DNA of 64,000 nt from Rhodothermales bacterium (GTDB taxonomy: Bacteria > Bacteroidota > Rhodothermia > Rhodothermales > JANQRZ01): the NCBI GenBank assembly GCA_965214485.1, contig CBDCBW010000012.1:143950-207949 (forward strand). The letters run 5' to 3'. A program made the translations under genes and the position numbers. This document shows positions 63,275 through 64,000 of this stretch, in pieces; position 1 is the stretch's first letter, and each line of letters opens with the position of its first letter. The notes beneath the pieces were generated by a model. It had not been told where the DNA came from. It saw only the letters and a program-made list of their open reading frames with translations, and did no database searches.

Positions 63275-64000
63275 GGATGACGCGGCCCGTAGCCACGCGG
63301 TCGTCGCTTTCGAGTTGCCAGATATACACGCCGCTCGGGAGGCCGCGCCCATCGAAGGACATCTCTTGGGTTCCCGGCTCTACTGTGCCATCGAGCAGCA
63401 CGCTCACCTCACGCCCGAGCACGTCATAGACAGCGAGCCGGATGGGATCTGCCGTCTTGGTATCAAAGGATAGCGTGGTCTGGTCACGGAACGGGTTGGG
63501 ATAGACCACCAATCCTAAAGGTCCACCTACGCGTCCGGTGCTGGCCCCGGATTTAGGTACAACTGCGGCGATGTCGGATATGACAGCGTCCTCGAATTGC
63601 CCATGGAACTTCGGCGGCGGCCAGTCCGCAGCCCTGATCCCCCGCCCTTCTGTGACCGTGATTCGAAGCTCATCGCGGTCGAGTACAATACCTTCTGCTG
63701 TTTCGGCTCTAAGGACGTAGCGATACCTCCCGGTGGGCGTTCCTGGCGGCACCTGCTGCTCGGCGTCGCTAACAAACGTCGCGCCTGCGCTAAGCGTCCC
63801 GGTGACGACAGGTCCGAAGTCCGTTATGAGGATGCCGTTCTCGTCGCGGACCGCGGCGCGAATGGCACCGGAAAGAGGAAGCGTACTACTGTTCGCGATG
63901 GTGTAGTCGAAAGTGAAAGTCCCCCCAGGCGTGACGCCCGTAGAGCTTGTGGCTCTCGCGGTAAGTGCAATAGGTACGCCGCTGAAGAGATAGGCTTGAC
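63264..64000 (-). CDS. T9SS-sorted secreted protein (partial, 5' end beyond the window end)
   Basis: The C-terminus VVYPNPFRDQTTLSFDTKTADPIRLAVYDVLGREVSVLLDG...GVYIWQLESDDRVATGRVILIR is a T9SS CTD. I translated the frame upstream of the track start (63752) and it stays open to position 63998. Confidence 0.8.
   Translation of the reverse strand, partial: QAYLFSGVPIALTARATSSTGVTPGGTFTFDYTIANSSTLPLSGAIRAAVRDENGILITDFGPVVTGTLSAGATFVSDAEQQVPPGTPTGRYRYVLRAETAEGIVLDRDELRITVTEGRGIRAADWPPPKFHGQFEDAVISDIAAVVPKSGASTGRVGGPLGLVVYPNPFRDQTTLSFDTKTADPIRLAVYDVLGREVSVLLDGTVEPGTQEMSFDGRGLPSGVYIWQLESDDRVATGRVILIR

Noticed and set aside
1-64000. tRNA, rRNA or riboswitch-like elements.
   Set aside because: I found no cloverleaf-like or rRNA-like segments in the intergenic regions by eye. 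This is a weak negative, since no covariance-model scan was possible.

Overview
This is a high-GC (about 70% on hand-counted lines) bacterial chromosomal segment. Three C-terminal T9SS sorting-domain signatures point to a Bacteroidota/Rhodothermota-like host. Layout: (i) 1-8.6 kb holds a decayed PIN toxin-antitoxin remnant and housekeeping genes (LptF/G-type permease, sucC, an ABC ATPase with two apparent frameshifts, a GNAT, topA). (ii) 8.6-19.2 kb is a copper-homeostasis region (CopA P-type ATPase, DUF411, Spy/CpxP-like, DUF305, multicopper oxidase, TolC-like lipoprotein) interrupted by a 1020-aa kinase/M23/aminotransferase fusion. (iii) 19.3-21.8 kb carries an acyl-CoA dehydrogenase and a SnoaL-like gene. 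(iv) 22.1-43.9 kb is a complete, co-directional canonical type VI secretion cluster (tagH, tssJ, K, L, M, tagF, tssA, B, C, hcp, tssE, F, G, clpV, vgrG). (v) 43.9-49.7 kb is a vgrG cargo module that, as I recall it, is syntenic with P. aeruginosa PA0095-PA0101. It has a small OB-like protein, DUF2169, a catalytically dead ketosynthase-like protein, a DUF4150 PAAR-like toxin whose C-terminal domain and immunity gene form a low-GC island, and a TIGR02270/HEAT protein. (vi) 49.7-50.9 kb is a recombination scar with an IS5-family miniature element and a displaced 3' fragment of a second HEAT gene. (vii) 51-63 kb is the most unusual part, an accessory module of a fused TssB-TssC sheath paralogue, an FHA-TM-lytic-transglycosylase fusion, PppA-like PP2C, a PpkA-like kinase with PEGA domains, two paralogous TPR/CsgG-like envelope proteins, a T9SS cargo protein and a putative OM beta-barrel. 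A recurring sequence-level feature is in-frame 15-bp tandem duplication in many genes. All calls rest on reading the ORF translations and the DNA by eye, and no database search was run.
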